Below, one piece after another: positions 33,301-42,757 of a stretch of 64,000 nucleotides of DNA. The notes under the pieces are model-generated. The model saw only the letters and a list, made by a program, of their open reading frames with translations. It was not told the origin of the DNA and did not search any database. The stretch is from Candidatus Hydrogenedentales bacterium (lineage in GTDB: Bacteria > Hydrogenedentota > Hydrogenedentia > Hydrogenedentales > SLHB01). How positions within the stretch are numbered: the stretch's first letter is position 1; the number at the start of each line of letters is the position of its first letter. The position numbers and the translations under genes were made by a program. Where the stretch lies: positions 684,168 through 748,167 of the forward strand of contig JBMNGZ010000005.1 of the NCBI GenBank assembly GCA_050950105.1, written 5' to 3'.

Positions 33301-34905
33301 GAGCGGCAGCAGGGCGCTGTAATGGGCCAGCTTGGCCTGGAACACGAACACTCGTCCCTCGCCGTAGGGGTAGGTGCGCAACGGCGGCGCGTCGTCCAAG
33401 CGTCCGCGGCTGCCTTTTCGCAGGCTGGGCATTTTCTCCCAAGGAAAATACGACAGGAGCTTCGCCGCGAACTCCGTGTCCTCGTCCGCGAACAGCTCCT
33501 GCGGCCACCCTGCGGTGGCATCCGCAGCACTGGTGATGATGAGCCCTTTTCCGTCACGGATTTGCTCGAGAATGATCTGCTGCAGGCGCGGGCCAATGGC
33601 TTCACTCTTCAGCTTTGCCACGACGATGACTTCGCGCTCGGGATCCAGACAGATGGCGGCGGCGTTGCGCATGGCCAGGCTGGGACTGAGCGGTCCGATG
33701 CCGGTGTGCGCCCGGTAGTACCATACGTTGGGATTGGTGATGACGTCCCTGGAGTCGAAGTATTGATGCCGCACATCGAGAGCCAGGCGGCGCGCGAGTT
33801 CCATGGTGTCGTAGGCCATCCATCTGGGCGACAAGAGCGCCGCGCGAACCGGTCCTCCGGGCAGATCCACGGCCCATGGAAATTCAAGCGGCTCGGGGCA
33901 GGGGCGCCAGAGTTCCGCAGGACGGTTCAGCTGGGCCTCATCTTCCGAACGCACTTGGGCCAGGCGCTCTTCGTCGACTGGAAGGACTGCGAGAGGCTGA
34001 TCCCAATCCGCGCCGGCCAGGGTGGCGAGGGCATTGGATTCGGCCTCGGCACTCCGGCGGAAATACGCGCGGACGGCCTCAAAATCCTGCAGGGACGGGT
34101 CTTCGTAGAATCCGAGAACAAAATCGCGCCGGCCGGGGCTGAGGGTGATGTCCGTATATTCGGCGTAGCCTCCGATCGCGCTGACGGTCACGCGCGCGAA
34201 GGCGGAGGCATCGCCCAGCAGCAGTCCCGCTGAGCCCGTGCCCGCCCGCCCGGGTTCAACGTCCTCGAATAAGAGCCAGCGTTCCTGTTCCAGGTCGATG
34301 TCGGCGGCGCCGTCTGCGAGCGTGCGCGTTTGGGTGGTCACGCGCCGGTTCCAGGGTTTTTGGAATGTGGCCGGATACGCCATCAAGCGGAGCCGGACGT
34401 CGCGGATTTCCTCTTTGGGCTCATAGCGGCCGAAGAAAAGCAGTTTGTCACTTCGCGACGTGACGGCAAAGCGCGCAACGGCCGTTACTTTGGGCGTGTC
34501 CCAGAGGTACTCGATCATGGCGTCCTGCCCGAATTCCCGGATGATCCGGAATTGTGGCTTGAACTCATGGATGTTGAATCCGTCGAAGGTCCACTGGAAA
34601 AAGCCCTGGTTGTACCAGTTTTCCATGGAGGGTTTGGCGATGCCCACGGGTACATATCCGATTGTGGGCGCCCATTTCGAAAACCCGATGCGGGCGGGAT
34701 CATCCTCGCGCTCGAGATATTCGCAGCGCAGTGTATATCCGGCCGAGGCGGTTTCGAAGGTCACGTCCTGTACGATATGCAGCCCATCATCCGTGGGTTC
34801 CGAGCGTTGGTTCAGTGTGGCGCTGGCATCCAGCATCGCGGCGTAGGCGCAGGAAAACACGGCGGGCAATGTCAGAGCGAAAAACCGGACTATCTGGCTG
34901 ATCAT
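30346..34905 (-). CDS. Very large (1519 aa) secreted multidomain protein. Putative glycoside hydrolase with ThuA/beta-galactosidase-trimerisation-like module.
   Basis: Signal peptide present. Uninterrupted 4.56-kb ORF. Segment VIVVAKLKSEAIGPRLQQIILEQIRDGKGLIITSAADATAGW resembles the class-I glutamine amidotransferase-like / GH42 trimerisation fold. Family not resolved. Confidence 0.45.
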   Translation of the reverse strand: MISQIVRFFALTLPAVFSCAYAAMLDASATLNQRSEPTDDGLHIVQDVTFETASAGYTLRCEYLEREDDPARIGFSKWAPTIGYVPVGIAKPSMENWYNQGFFQWTFDGFNIHEFKPQFRIIREFGQDAMIEYLWDTPKVTAVARFAVTSRSDKLLFFGRYEPKEEIRDVRLRLMAYPATFQKPWNRRVTTQTRTLADGAADIDLEQERWLLFEDVEPGRAGTGSAGLLLGDASAFARVTVSAIGGYAEYTDITLSPGRRDFVLGFYEDPSLQDFEAVRAYFRRSAEAESNALATLAGADWDQPLAVLPVDEERLAQVRSEDEAQLNRPAELWRPCPEPLEFPWAVDLPGGPVRAALLSPRWMAYDTMELARRLALDVRHQYFDSRDVITNPNVWYYRAHTGIGPLSPSLAMRNAAAICLDPEREVIVVAKLKSEAIGPRLQQIILEQIRDGKGLIITSAADATAGWPQELFADEDTEFAAKLLSYFPWEKMPSLRKGSRGRLDDAPPLRTYPYGEGRVFVFQAKLAHYSALLPLNSLKQGLDGADDRLLALHALLWTAAAKRPLPSRITFGESLAPTMAATASELPVDFSGAEFTQVRVRIQDETDAVLALGDDLLDETRTCLRIPPLPAMHAYYLDIVALNDSNECVGIGGTILQIAPEYALASLEVTPSGQNHETAPPRVDLPEGGPLTLTAAVTPAPEDGTLRVEFEIQDCLDRITARGESLVTADGQASLDVHFPRPMAVPHRLSARLWGEGELLATAQLRFTATVPYPYDDFTVLMWSYAEGDLTLRTENRLCYELGSDMMDLCHMRGYSDAGAAREYALAAESGQRIVPYVTRIAGEATEDHILKPSLFDQGWIQREQASMEISCRQAAPYQPPAYTLGDENYLARSGTEVDVSPESTAAFKTWLQQRYPDIDALNAAWRTGHASFDALGEPMLLEEARDQTASFAAWFDFRCFMDDAFADLHETFADVVRGEDAGAKVGWDGFLTYHWQAGYDFYKLSRNLELNQVYTSYPLQGELVRSFKQPGALTGEWGNAVADKEDGFSAILWHTLFRGHNSGWWWTSWGCDYIPFNPDMSISHMGKWFFDSAAKIKAGPGRLLLHAQRDDSGIAVLYNQADLFAARLLNAMPHDKPLPDWQRNLIGVMHALEDAGYQYTFVAAAEIEADPACLEEYRTLVLPLATCLSDSLVQSVHAFAQRGGVVIADGRSALLTGNGEIREQRPLDALFGVQSPAGLEAFKAPPETGTFELMGEPMEASVLEPGITPADGRAEAAGKAPCFIIHAVGDGHAVLLNVPFTTATALRAEGRERTLLDPLTRYLALAGVNPSAQLAVEGQPARCIEQILFEDGALRYLALQQDILVRNLEPQEFIVTIDAPAYVYDVRAGRSVSNTPTANWKTTISRGNPRLFALMPYAVAGLEVDVAPECALGGTLEMAAAVSVEGVQPQFHVVRVDVFAPESERPHREYSQNLACALGRGKGTIPFALNDPAGAWRLVFRDTATGTSTEAVVELAAQ

Positions 34906-35109
34906 CGTAGCATCTCCTCCAGGATACGGCGGGAATGGATGCGCTGCGAGCGCATTTTGCCAGTCTGCCTGATTGAAATCCTTTGGGCAAGCTCGTAAGG
35001 TGACGGCCGCAGCCTGGTTGAAAGGCAGAGACAGATCTTCGAAGCCAGCCGGGCCGCGAGAAACTGCAAACCGGAGCGCGAAGTCTATTCGCGCGGATCT
35101 GAGGCGCCC

Positions 35110-37488
35110 ATGACATTCACCCTGTTTTTTCTGGCGCTCTGTGCTTCCCTGTCCGAGTCGGCGGCGCCTGCGAACGCTCCAGCGTCATCGGAGAGGACTG
35201 AGCTTCCCCTGGAGTTGTGGTATCCGAAACCCGCGGACGACTGGGTGGAGGCGCTGCCCGTCGGCAACGGCCGCCTGGGCGGCATGGTGTTTGGTGGGGC
35301 ACTCCACGAGCGAATCCAGCTCAACGAAGAGACGGTCTGGGCCGGTAACTGCGAGACATACGCCGATAAATGGAACGGAGCCCCCAAGATCGAGGAGGCG
35401 CGCAGGTTGTTCTTTGCGGGCCGCTACGCGGAAGGCGAGGAACTCATCCAGCGCGAGATCATGAACAAGCACATCACACCGCGCAGTTACCAGACCCTGG
35501 GCGATTTGCGGCTTGTCATGAAAGACGCGGGACACAAGGTCTCGGATTACCGCCGAAGCCTGGACCTCGATACGGCAACGGCTACGACTCAGTTCATCCT
35601 GGATAGTGTCACGTACACACGTGAGGTGTTTGTGTCGGCGGCGGACGATGTGCTCGTTGTGCGGATTACCGCCTCCCAGCCCGGCGCGCTCGACCTGGAA
35701 ATTGCCCTGGATCGCCCGGCAGATTCCGTGACCAGCGTGCTGGACGGACACCTTCTGGCGATGTCGGGACAGGCCTCGCAAAACGGGGAGCAGAAAGGCG
35801 TCCGCTTCATGGCGCTGCTCCGCGCGCTCCCTGAAGGAGGAGTCCTGAAGGCCGCGGACGGGCGCCTGATGCTCGAGAAGACCGACGCCCTTACCCTGCT
35901 CCTTTCGGCTGCCAGCGATTACAACCGTCGGCAACCGAATGCTCCCCTCAAGCACGACTTGACGTCAGCCTGTTTGGATATCCTGGCCCGCGCCGCCGTA
36001 AAACCGTACGAAGAATTGCGGCGTGCGGCGCTCACCGAACACCAGCGGCTGTTTCGCCGTGTGGCCCTGGATCTCGGCTCGTCGTCGGTTCAAAACCTGC
36101 CCACCAGCCAGCGGCTCGAGCACTTCAGGCGCGGCGAGGCGGATCCCGGCCTGGAAGCGCTCTATTTCCAATTTGGCCGCTATCTCCTGATTTCGTCGTC
36201 GCGTCCGGGCACTCTGCCCGCCAATCTGCAGGGCCTCTGGAATGAGCATCTCGAGGCGCCCTGGGACAGCGACTACCACATCAACATCAACCTTCAAATG
36301 AATTACTGGCCGGCAGAAGTGACAAATCTCGCCGAGTGCCATGGCCCGTTCTTCGACTTCATCGAGGGCGTTGCCCGCCGCGGGCGCGATACGGCCCGTG
36401 TCACGTACGGCTGTGGCGGATTCACCGCCCACCATACAACCGACGCCTGGCAGTCGACCGCGCCTCACGGCCTGGTGGTGTGGGGGATGTGGCCCATGGC
36501 GGGCGGCTGGTGCGCTCAGCATTTCTTCGAGCATTTCCGGTACACCGGGGATCGGAGCTTTCTGTCGGAACGCGCCTATCCCATAGTGAAAGATGCCGCG
36601 CTGTTCTATCTCGACTGGCTGACTGAAGACCCCGTCAGTGGGCAGCTGGTCTCGGGACCCGGCGTATCGCCTGAAAACACCTTCATTACCCCGGAAGGAC
36701 AGCGTGTCAGCCTGTCCATGGGATGCGCTATGGATCAGGAGATCATCTGGGACACCTTTACCAACTGCCTGGAAGCCGCCAAAATCCTGGGTATCGACGA
36801 TGATTTCACGAAACGCGTGGCCGCCGCCCTCCAACGGCTCGCTTTGCCCGAGATTGGCGCGGACGGGCGTCTGAAAGAATGGCGGCACAGTCTCGAGGAG
36901 GCGGAACCGGGCCACCGCCACATGTCGCATCTTTTCGGGCTGCATCCCGGCCGGCAATTCACCCTGACTGGCACGCCCGAATTCGCTGCCGCCGCACGGG
37001 CATCGCTGGATTACCGTCTGGCTCATGGTGGAGGGCATACCGGATGGAGCCGGGCGTGGCTCATCAATTTCTTCGCGCGGCTTCACGACGGCGAGGCGGC
37101 TTACGAAAATCTGCGCTTGCTCCTGACTAAGTCGACGCTCGATAACTTGTTCGATAACCACCCGCCATTCCAGATCGACGGCAATTTCGGTGGCGCCGCC
37201 GGTATCGCGGAGATGTTGCTCCAAAGCCACACGGATGAAATTGTGCTGCTGCCTGCCCTCCCCAAAGCCTGGAAAGACGGGGCCGTCACGGGTCTGGTTG
37301 CGCGCGGGGGATTCGAAATTGGCCTGAGATGGCGTGAGGGCCGGCTCGTGAGCGCAGCGGTGCACTCGCGATCAGGCAATCCCGGGACGCTGCGGTATGG
37401 ACCGTATACCGCCGTGCTGGCCGGAGAAAAAGGCGAGCATGCCTTGTTCGACGGGACACTCCAGCCCGCAGCCAGCGGAACGCGTTGA
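35110..37488 (+). CDS. Glycoside hydrolase family 95 alpha-L-fucosidase
   Basis: LWYPKPADDWVEALPVGNGRLGGMVFGG...ERIQLNEETVWAG is the GH95 N-terminal signature. Length ~790 aa with signal peptide. Confidence 0.85.
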   Translation: MTFTLFFLALCASLSESAAPANAPASSERTELPLELWYPKPADDWVEALPVGNGRLGGMVFGGALHERIQLNEETVWAGNCETYADKWNGAPKIEEARRLFFAGRYAEGEELIQREIMNKHITPRSYQTLGDLRLVMKDAGHKVSDYRRSLDLDTATATTQFILDSVTYTREVFVSAADDVLVVRITASQPGALDLEIALDRPADSVTSVLDGHLLAMSGQASQNGEQKGVRFMALLRALPEGGVLKAADGRLMLEKTDALTLLLSAASDYNRRQPNAPLKHDLTSACLDILARAAVKPYEELRRAALTEHQRLFRRVALDLGSSSVQNLPTSQRLEHFRRGEADPGLEALYFQFGRYLLISSSRPGTLPANLQGLWNEHLEAPWDSDYHININLQMNYWPAEVTNLAECHGPFFDFIEGVARRGRDTARVTYGCGGFTAHHTTDAWQSTAPHGLVVWGMWPMAGGWCAQHFFEHFRYTGDRSFLSERAYPIVKDAALFYLDWLTEDPVSGQLVSGPGVSPENTFITPEGQRVSLSMGCAMDQEIIWDTFTNCLEAAKILGIDDDFTKRVAAALQRLALPEIGADGRLKEWRHSLEEAEPGHRHMSHLFGLHPGRQFTLTGTPEFAAAARASLDYRLAHGGGHTGWSRAWLINFFARLHDGEAAYENLRLLLTKSTLDNLFDNHPPFQIDGNFGGAAGIAEMLLQSHTDEIVLLPALPKAWKDGAVTGLVARGGFEIGLRWREGRLVSAAVHSRSGNPGTLRYGPYTAVLAGEKGEHALFDGTLQPAASGTR

Positions 37489-37571
37489 ATCCTCCCAAGG
37501 CCTGCCGTACCCTTTCCCATTGAAGGCCAGTGAACGGCAAAAATGGCGCGCGAACGCGCAAGGATCGGGGC

Positions 37572-38591
37572 ATGGCATCAACATCGCGGGAACGGGTATA
37601 TCAGGCCCTGCAGTTCGAGGACCCGGATCGTGCGCCACGGCACCTGTGGACCCTGCCCTGGGCAGAACTGCATTACCCTGAAGATTTGAGCAAGCTTCGG
37701 GCCGACTATCCCGACGATCTGGTCAGCGCTCCCGGGTTTTGCCGGGAGATCGCCAGAACTGACGGAAGCGAGTACGCGCCTGGGCGCTATACGGATCCGT
37801 GGGGTTCTGTCTTTGAAAATATTCAGCCCGGCGTCATTGGTGAGGTGAAGGAACCCCTCATCAGGGACTGGGCCGCCGACGCCGCCAAAGTGCACATCCC
37901 GCGCGAATGGCTGACCATTGATACCGAGCGCGTGAACGAGTTCTGCGGGGCAACGCAACAATTCGTGACCGGCGGCTGTTGCCCGCGGCCGTTCGAACGG
38001 CTGCAATTCCTGCGGGGAACGGCCAATCTGTATATGGAGCTGTTGGAACCTCCGCCGGGGATGGCCGAGTTCGTGCGTGAAATGCACGCATTCTACTGCC
38101 AATGGATGGAGGTCTGGGCGGCCACCGATGTCGATGCGCTGAATGTCATGGATGACTGGGGGGCGCAGAACGCGCTCTTAATCGACCCCGTGCTCTGGCG
38201 CGACGTGTTCAAACCCCTCTATCGCGACTACATCCATATCGCCCACGGAGCGGGCAAAAAGATCTTTCTGCACAGTGACGGCCACATCCTCGCCATCTAC
38301 CCGGACCTCCTCGAGCTTGGGTTTGACGCCATCAACTCGCAGCTTTTCTGCATGGGAGTGGAGAATCTCGCCCCTTACGCCGGCAAAACGACGTTCTGGG
38401 GGGAGATCGATCGCCGGCATCTTCTGCCTCAGGCAACTCCCGAGGAAATCGACCGGGCCGTCTGCCGGGTTCACAAAACCCTCTGGGAAAAAGGCGGATG
38501 CATCGCGCAGTGCGAGTTCGGTCCCGGCGCAAAACCAGAAAACGTGCGCCAGGTTTTCACTTCGTGGGACCGACTCACTCTTCGCGGATAA
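37572..38591 (+). CDS. Uroporphyrinogen decarboxylase (URO-D/MtaA-like) family protein
   Basis: ~340 aa with start RERVYQALQFEDPDRAPRHLWTLPW. URO-D-like TIM-barrel pattern. Weaker assignment. Confidence 0.55.
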   Translation: MASTSRERVYQALQFEDPDRAPRHLWTLPWAELHYPEDLSKLRADYPDDLVSAPGFCREIARTDGSEYAPGRYTDPWGSVFENIQPGVIGEVKEPLIRDWAADAAKVHIPREWLTIDTERVNEFCGATQQFVTGGCCPRPFERLQFLRGTANLYMELLEPPPGMAEFVREMHAFYCQWMEVWAATDVDALNVMDDWGAQNALLIDPVLWRDVFKPLYRDYIHIAHGAGKKIFLHSDGHILAIYPDLLELGFDAINSQLFCMGVENLAPYAGKTTFWGEIDRRHLLPQATPEEIDRAVCRVHKTLWEKGGCIAQCEFGPGAKPENVRQVFTSWDRLTLRG

Positions 38592-38703
38592 ACACATCGC
38601 AGAATGAAACGGCAGGGGAGAGGCCTGGTTCAAGGGTTTTTCGTGGCGCAACGGGACAATCCCGGAGTGGGACGGCCGGCAACGCCTTGGAGAGGCAGGT
38701 GGG

Positions 38704-39546
38704 TCAGGCGCGGAGCCGTTTTGCCGCGAGGACGGCCAGATAAACGGCCGCGCCGGTGACAATGATCATGGGCCCGCTCGGAAGATCATAGGGGTAACTT
38801 AAGGCGATGCCGGCGGTCGAGAACACCATGCACAACAGGACCGCCATGACCATAATCCAGGCCATGCGCCGCGAAAACTGCCCCGCCACCGCAGCGGGCA
38901 GGGTCAGCAGGGCGATGACCAGGACAATCCCCACAAGGTAAACCAAAAGGACGATAGTCACCGCGATCAGGCACAGGAGGAGGAGGTAATAGTAGTCGAC
39001 GGCCAGGCCTCGTGTGCGCGCGAATTCTTCGTCGAAACAGACCGCCAGCAGCTTGTTGTAAAAAAACACCGCGACGGCCGTCACCAGGATGTCCAATCCC
39101 GCGACCATCCAGACGTCTCGCTTGGTGATCAGGAGGATGTCGCCGAAAAGGTAGCTCATGGTGTCTTTGTTGTAGCCGGGGGTCTTGGCGAGCAACAAGA
39201 GGCCCAGAGCCATGCCGACAGCCCACACGGCGCCGATGACGGTGTCCTCGCGCTCTTTGGCGCGCAGGCTGACGAGCCCGATGATGAGGGAGGAGAGCAA
39301 AGCCGCGGGCAGGGCCCCGTGGATCGGTTCGAGCCAGGTCAATCCGGTGCGGGCACGCAGATACAGCACGGCCCCGATGCCTCCCAGCACGGAATGCGCG
39401 ATCGCCGCGGCGATAAACGTGACCCGCCGGGTGACCACAAAGGCGCCCACAATGCCAAACGCTACGCTCGACAGCAGGCCCACCAGTACGGCATGGCGCA
39501 AGACCGGAATGTCTGGATGCAGCAACGCTTTCAGAAACTCATGCAT
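38704..39546 (-). CDS. znuB: Metal ABC transporter permease (ZnuB/MntB, ABC-3 family)
   Basis: 8-TM ABC-3 pattern VLVGLLSSVAFGIVGAFVVTRRVTFIAAAIAHSVLGG. Overlaps the upstream ATPase gene by 8 nt. Confidence 0.75.
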   Translation of the reverse strand: MHEFLKALLHPDIPVLRHAVLVGLLSSVAFGIVGAFVVTRRVTFIAAAIAHSVLGGIGAVLYLRARTGLTWLEPIHGALPAALLSSLIIGLVSLRAKEREDTVIGAVWAVGMALGLLLLAKTPGYNKDTMSYLFGDILLITKRDVWMVAGLDILVTAVAVFFYNKLLAVCFDEEFARTRGLAVDYYYLLLLCLIAVTIVLLVYLVGIVLVIALLTLPAAVAGQFSRRMAWIMVMAVLLCMVFSTAGIALSYPYDLPSGPMIIVTGAAVYLAVLAAKRLRA

Positions 39547-40339
39547 GGTCGTGGTCCGTTTCCTCGCCGCGCTGGTCATGCCGGATAAGACGGGCATCTT
39601 CGCCGTACAACTCACGCAGGCGGGCCGTGGTCAGCTCGCTGGTGGGATGGATGTGCGCGCGTTGATTGACGCAGATCACTCGCGAGACCAGGTCGTAAAT
39701 GAAGGTTGGGTCATGCGAAACCATGATGATGGTCCTGCGTTGCGCGATCGTTCGAAGGGTCTGCATCAGGCGTTTCGCGGCCGCGAGGTCCACGCTGGCC
39801 GTGGGTTCATCCAGAAGCAGCAAGTCCGGGGAGGAAATCAGGGCTCGGGCAATAAGCACTCGCTGGCGCTGGCCTCCCGACAAGTCAGAAAATGGCCGGT
39901 GCCACAGCTCTTCAATGCCCATCTCGTCGAGCACGCGCCGGGCCGCATCTTTCTCCTCGAGCGTATAACGGCCGCCCCAATGGCGCTCCGCCAGGCCCAT
40001 CAGCGTCACGTCCAGCACCGACACAGGGAATAGTGGGTCGTACTGGGCGAATTGCGGCGTGTAGCCGACGCGCCCGCGGACGCTCGCGGGTGCTTGACCA
40101 AAAACCCGCACCTGGCCTTCATCCGGGGTCAGGAGCCCGAGGATGAGCTTAAGCAGCGTCGACTTGCCGCCGCCGTTCGGGCCGATCACACTCGAAAACA
40201 CTCCGAAGGGAATATCGAGGTTCACATCCCGGAGCACGGGCTGGGCGTTGTAGGCAAACGACACGTTATGAAGGCACACCGCCGGCGGAACGCTGTCACG
40301 GCTCGCGGCGGCATCCTCCGCTGGGATACGCGGGGTCAT
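39539..40339 (-). CDS. znuC: Metal ABC transporter ATP-binding protein (ZnuC-like)
   Basis: Walker A GPNGGGKST, signature LSGGQRQR, Walker B LLLLDEPT. Start codon ATG overlaps the znuA stop (ATGA). Confidence 0.8.
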   Translation of the reverse strand: MTPRIPAEDAAASRDSVPPAVCLHNVSFAYNAQPVLRDVNLDIPFGVFSSVIGPNGGGKSTLLKLILGLLTPDEGQVRVFGQAPASVRGRVGYTPQFAQYDPLFPVSVLDVTLMGLAERHWGGRYTLEEKDAARRVLDEMGIEELWHRPFSDLSGGQRQRVLIARALISSPDLLLLDEPTASVDLAAAKRLMQTLRTIAQRRTIIMVSHDPTFIYDLVSRVICVNQRAHIHPTSELTTARLRELYGEDARLIRHDQRGEETDHDHA

Positions 40340-41277
40340 GGCGCGGGCTCCGCCCGCAACGCGTGGGCGAGCGCGTCGCCGATCGCGCGCAGGTTGTCGA
40401 GTACCTCTTCCCGCAGTGGATCCAGCGCGACTACAGTGCCCTGAATCGCGTCGGCTACCGATTGGGCGCTGCGCTGGTCGAATTGCGGTTGCACGAAGAT
40501 GGTATGCACGCCGTCTGCCTGCGCCTGCTCGATGAGTTCCTGGAGCTGTCGAGGCGTTGGCTTTTTGCCGTCCATTTCCACGGATTTCTGGCGCAGCCCG
40601 TACGTCTCCGCAAAATAACCGAGCGCCGGGTGGTAGATGTAGAACGTGCGCCCCGTGAAGGGCGCGAGCTGTTCCCGCAAATGATGATCCAGGGCGTCCA
40701 GCTCTCCCTGGGTTGCCGCGAGGTTCTGCGCGTAATCGTCTGCGTGCGCGGGGTCGAGCCGCAAGAACGTCTCGGCGATCGTGGCCGCCATGGCCTTCAG
40801 CATGACGGGTGACATCCACACGTGCGGATCCATATCGTCGGCATGGGCGTGTCCGGCCGCGTCCTCACCGTGCTCGTGCGAAGTGTCCGCAATACGCGCT
40901 AAGCCGTCGGCAAGATCTTGAATTACCAGCGACGGAAAGTTGGCTTCGATCCGTTTGGCAAGCTCCAGTTCAAACGGAAATCCACCCACATGGAAATACG
41001 CCGACGCACCGCCAAGCGCCATCACCTGTTTCGGCGTGGTGCTGAAGGTGTGGGGACCCTCTCCAGGGGCAAGAAGGGTCGTGACGTGCACCTGATCTCC
41101 ACCGAGCGCTCCAGCAAGCGCGGCCAGCGGCGGGATGCTGACAAATACCTCAAACGGCCCATCACCTGAAGCGCCGTGCCTGGCCGGTGCAGGCGCAGGG
41201 CCGCATCCGCACACGAATAGCAGCGCCGCGAACAATACGGGCAGCGCTCCGCCGGCCATTAAACGTTTAGCGTTCAT
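40336..41277 (-). CDS. znuA: Metal ABC transporter substrate-binding protein (ZnuA/TroA family) with His-rich loop
   Basis: Lipoprotein signal ...LFVCGCG. His/Asp/Glu-rich loop DTSHEHGEDAAGHAHADDMDPHVW is typical of ZnuA. Confidence 0.75.
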   Translation of the reverse strand: MNAKRLMAGGALPVLFAALLFVCGCGPAPAPARHGASGDGPFEVFVSIPPLAALAGALGGDQVHVTTLLAPGEGPHTFSTTPKQVMALGGASAYFHVGGFPFELELAKRIEANFPSLVIQDLADGLARIADTSHEHGEDAAGHAHADDMDPHVWMSPVMLKAMAATIAETFLRLDPAHADDYAQNLAATQGELDALDHHLREQLAPFTGRTFYIYHPALGYFAETYGLRQKSVEMDGKKPTPRQLQELIEQAQADGVHTIFVQPQFDQRSAQSVADAIQGTVVALDPLREEVLDNLRAIGDALAHALRAEPAP

Positions 41278-41560
41278 GATGCCCCGTGGCCTCCGGCGCC
41301 TCCTCGGCCATACACACAATGCGAATCGCATGGCAGTCCTCACACTGTTCCACATTGTGCGTGGTCGCGAAATGATCCCAGTGTTTCCGCTGTTTGGGCG
41401 ACAAGGTGCCCGCGCCCAGGCAAAGCGGGCAGACGTTCTCAAGCGCAGCCAGAATCGCCCGGCGGATGAATTCCGAACGGTTCCCGATGCCCTGCATCGC
41501 CTGCGACAGGCCTTCATCGACTTTGAAGGTGATGATCTCCTGCTTCTTTGCTGAAGACAT
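41267..41560 (-). CDS. Ribbon-helix-helix (CopG/NikR-like) regulator with Cys/His-rich C-terminal metal-binding tail. First gene of the znu-type operon.
   Basis: MSSAKKQEIITFKVDEGLSQAMQGIGNRSEFIRRAILAAL is the RHH. CPLCLGAGTLSPKQRKHWDHFATTHNVEQCEDCHAIRIVCM...GHH is the Cys/His-rich tail. RBS ggagg 7 nt upstream. 3' end overlaps the znuA start. Confidence 0.55.
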   Translation of the reverse strand: MSSAKKQEIITFKVDEGLSQAMQGIGNRSEFIRRAILAALENVCPLCLGAGTLSPKQRKHWDHFATTHNVEQCEDCHAIRIVCMAEEAPEATGHHER

Positions 41561-41819
41561 GCGCGCCCTCCGGGTTCTTTTCTCGTAACTATAATACTTT
41601 TTATTACCAAACGCAACGGCGGCTCCGACTATTCCAGGAAAGGCCCGAAATCTGGCGCCCGCAATCGCCATTGAAGAGCTGCTCGTAAATTTGCGTTCAC
41701 CGCACTTTTTGCTGTTTAATCAAATCGATCACAAGCCCACTAAGTTGAAGAAAGCCAAAGTGCGCCGGGAAAAGCCGAAAAATCGGGTTGCTGGCGCACG
41801 AACGCGGGGAGGACGCACC

Positions 41820-42705
41820 ATGACTACGACTCGAATGCTTTCCGTTGCCTTACTGGGAGCTGTCTTGTGCTTTTCGATCCTGGCTGCAGAGTCAGAGCCG
41901 GCCGTAGAACATGTGGTCGTCATTGGCGTGGACGGCATGACGGCCAAATCGCTCGAGGCTGCCGAGACGCCCAACATGCACGCGCTGATGGCAACGGGCT
42001 CATACACGCGTGCGGCGCACGCGGTCAAACCGACCGTGAGCGGCCCGAACTGGGGTTCCATGCTCATGGGGAGCAAACCCGAAACCCACGGCGTGGTGAA
42101 TAACAACTGGACGCTCGACACGGAGAATCCGTTTCCAACCGTCTTTACGGCCTTGCGCGCGGCCGAGCCGGAGGCCACCGTGGTCGCGGCCTACGAATGG
42201 GGCTCTTTTGGCCGCTTGTTCGTCGATGAAGACGTGACCCCAGCGTATCGGCGTGGATAAGGAAGCCATTGAAAACGATACCTCAGAAAACGCGGCTTCC
42301 CGCTACATCGCCACGCAGGTGGCCGAGTGCATCAAAGAGAAAAAACCTCGGCTGACCTTTATCCATCTCGACCTGGTCGATCACGCGGGCCATTCCCATG
42401 TCTACGATTCGGAAAAATATAACGCGACGGTTGGCGAAGCGGACAAGCTCGTCGGCCTCATTGTGAAAGGCATCGACGACGCCGGCATCCGAAAAAACAC
42501 CGCCATCTTCGTCGTCTCCGATCACGGCGGCATCGACAAAGGCCACGGCGGCGATACGCCCGAAGAAACCATCGTGCCGTGGATCGTGTCGGGGCGCGGG
42601 CATAGCCCAGGGCGCCGCCATCCCCGACGGCATCAGCGTCGCCCCAGACCGGGCCCACCATCGCGGCCCTCCTGGGCGCCGAATTGCCCGCGCGCTGGAC
42701 CATGA
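41820..42705 (+). CDS. Secreted type I phosphodiesterase / nucleotide pyrophosphatase (AlkP-core superfamily). Frame break near 42250.
   Basis: Signal peptide present. VVIGVDGMTAKSLE...TPNMHALMATGSYT ... (second frame) IHLDLVDHAGHSHVYDSEKYNATVGEADKLVG...VVSDHGG matches the PF01663 pattern. Confidence 0.6.
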
Positions 42706-42757
42706 AGCCCGTGACCCAGATTTTGAAAAAGTAAAAATCTCCCGACACCACCCGCAC

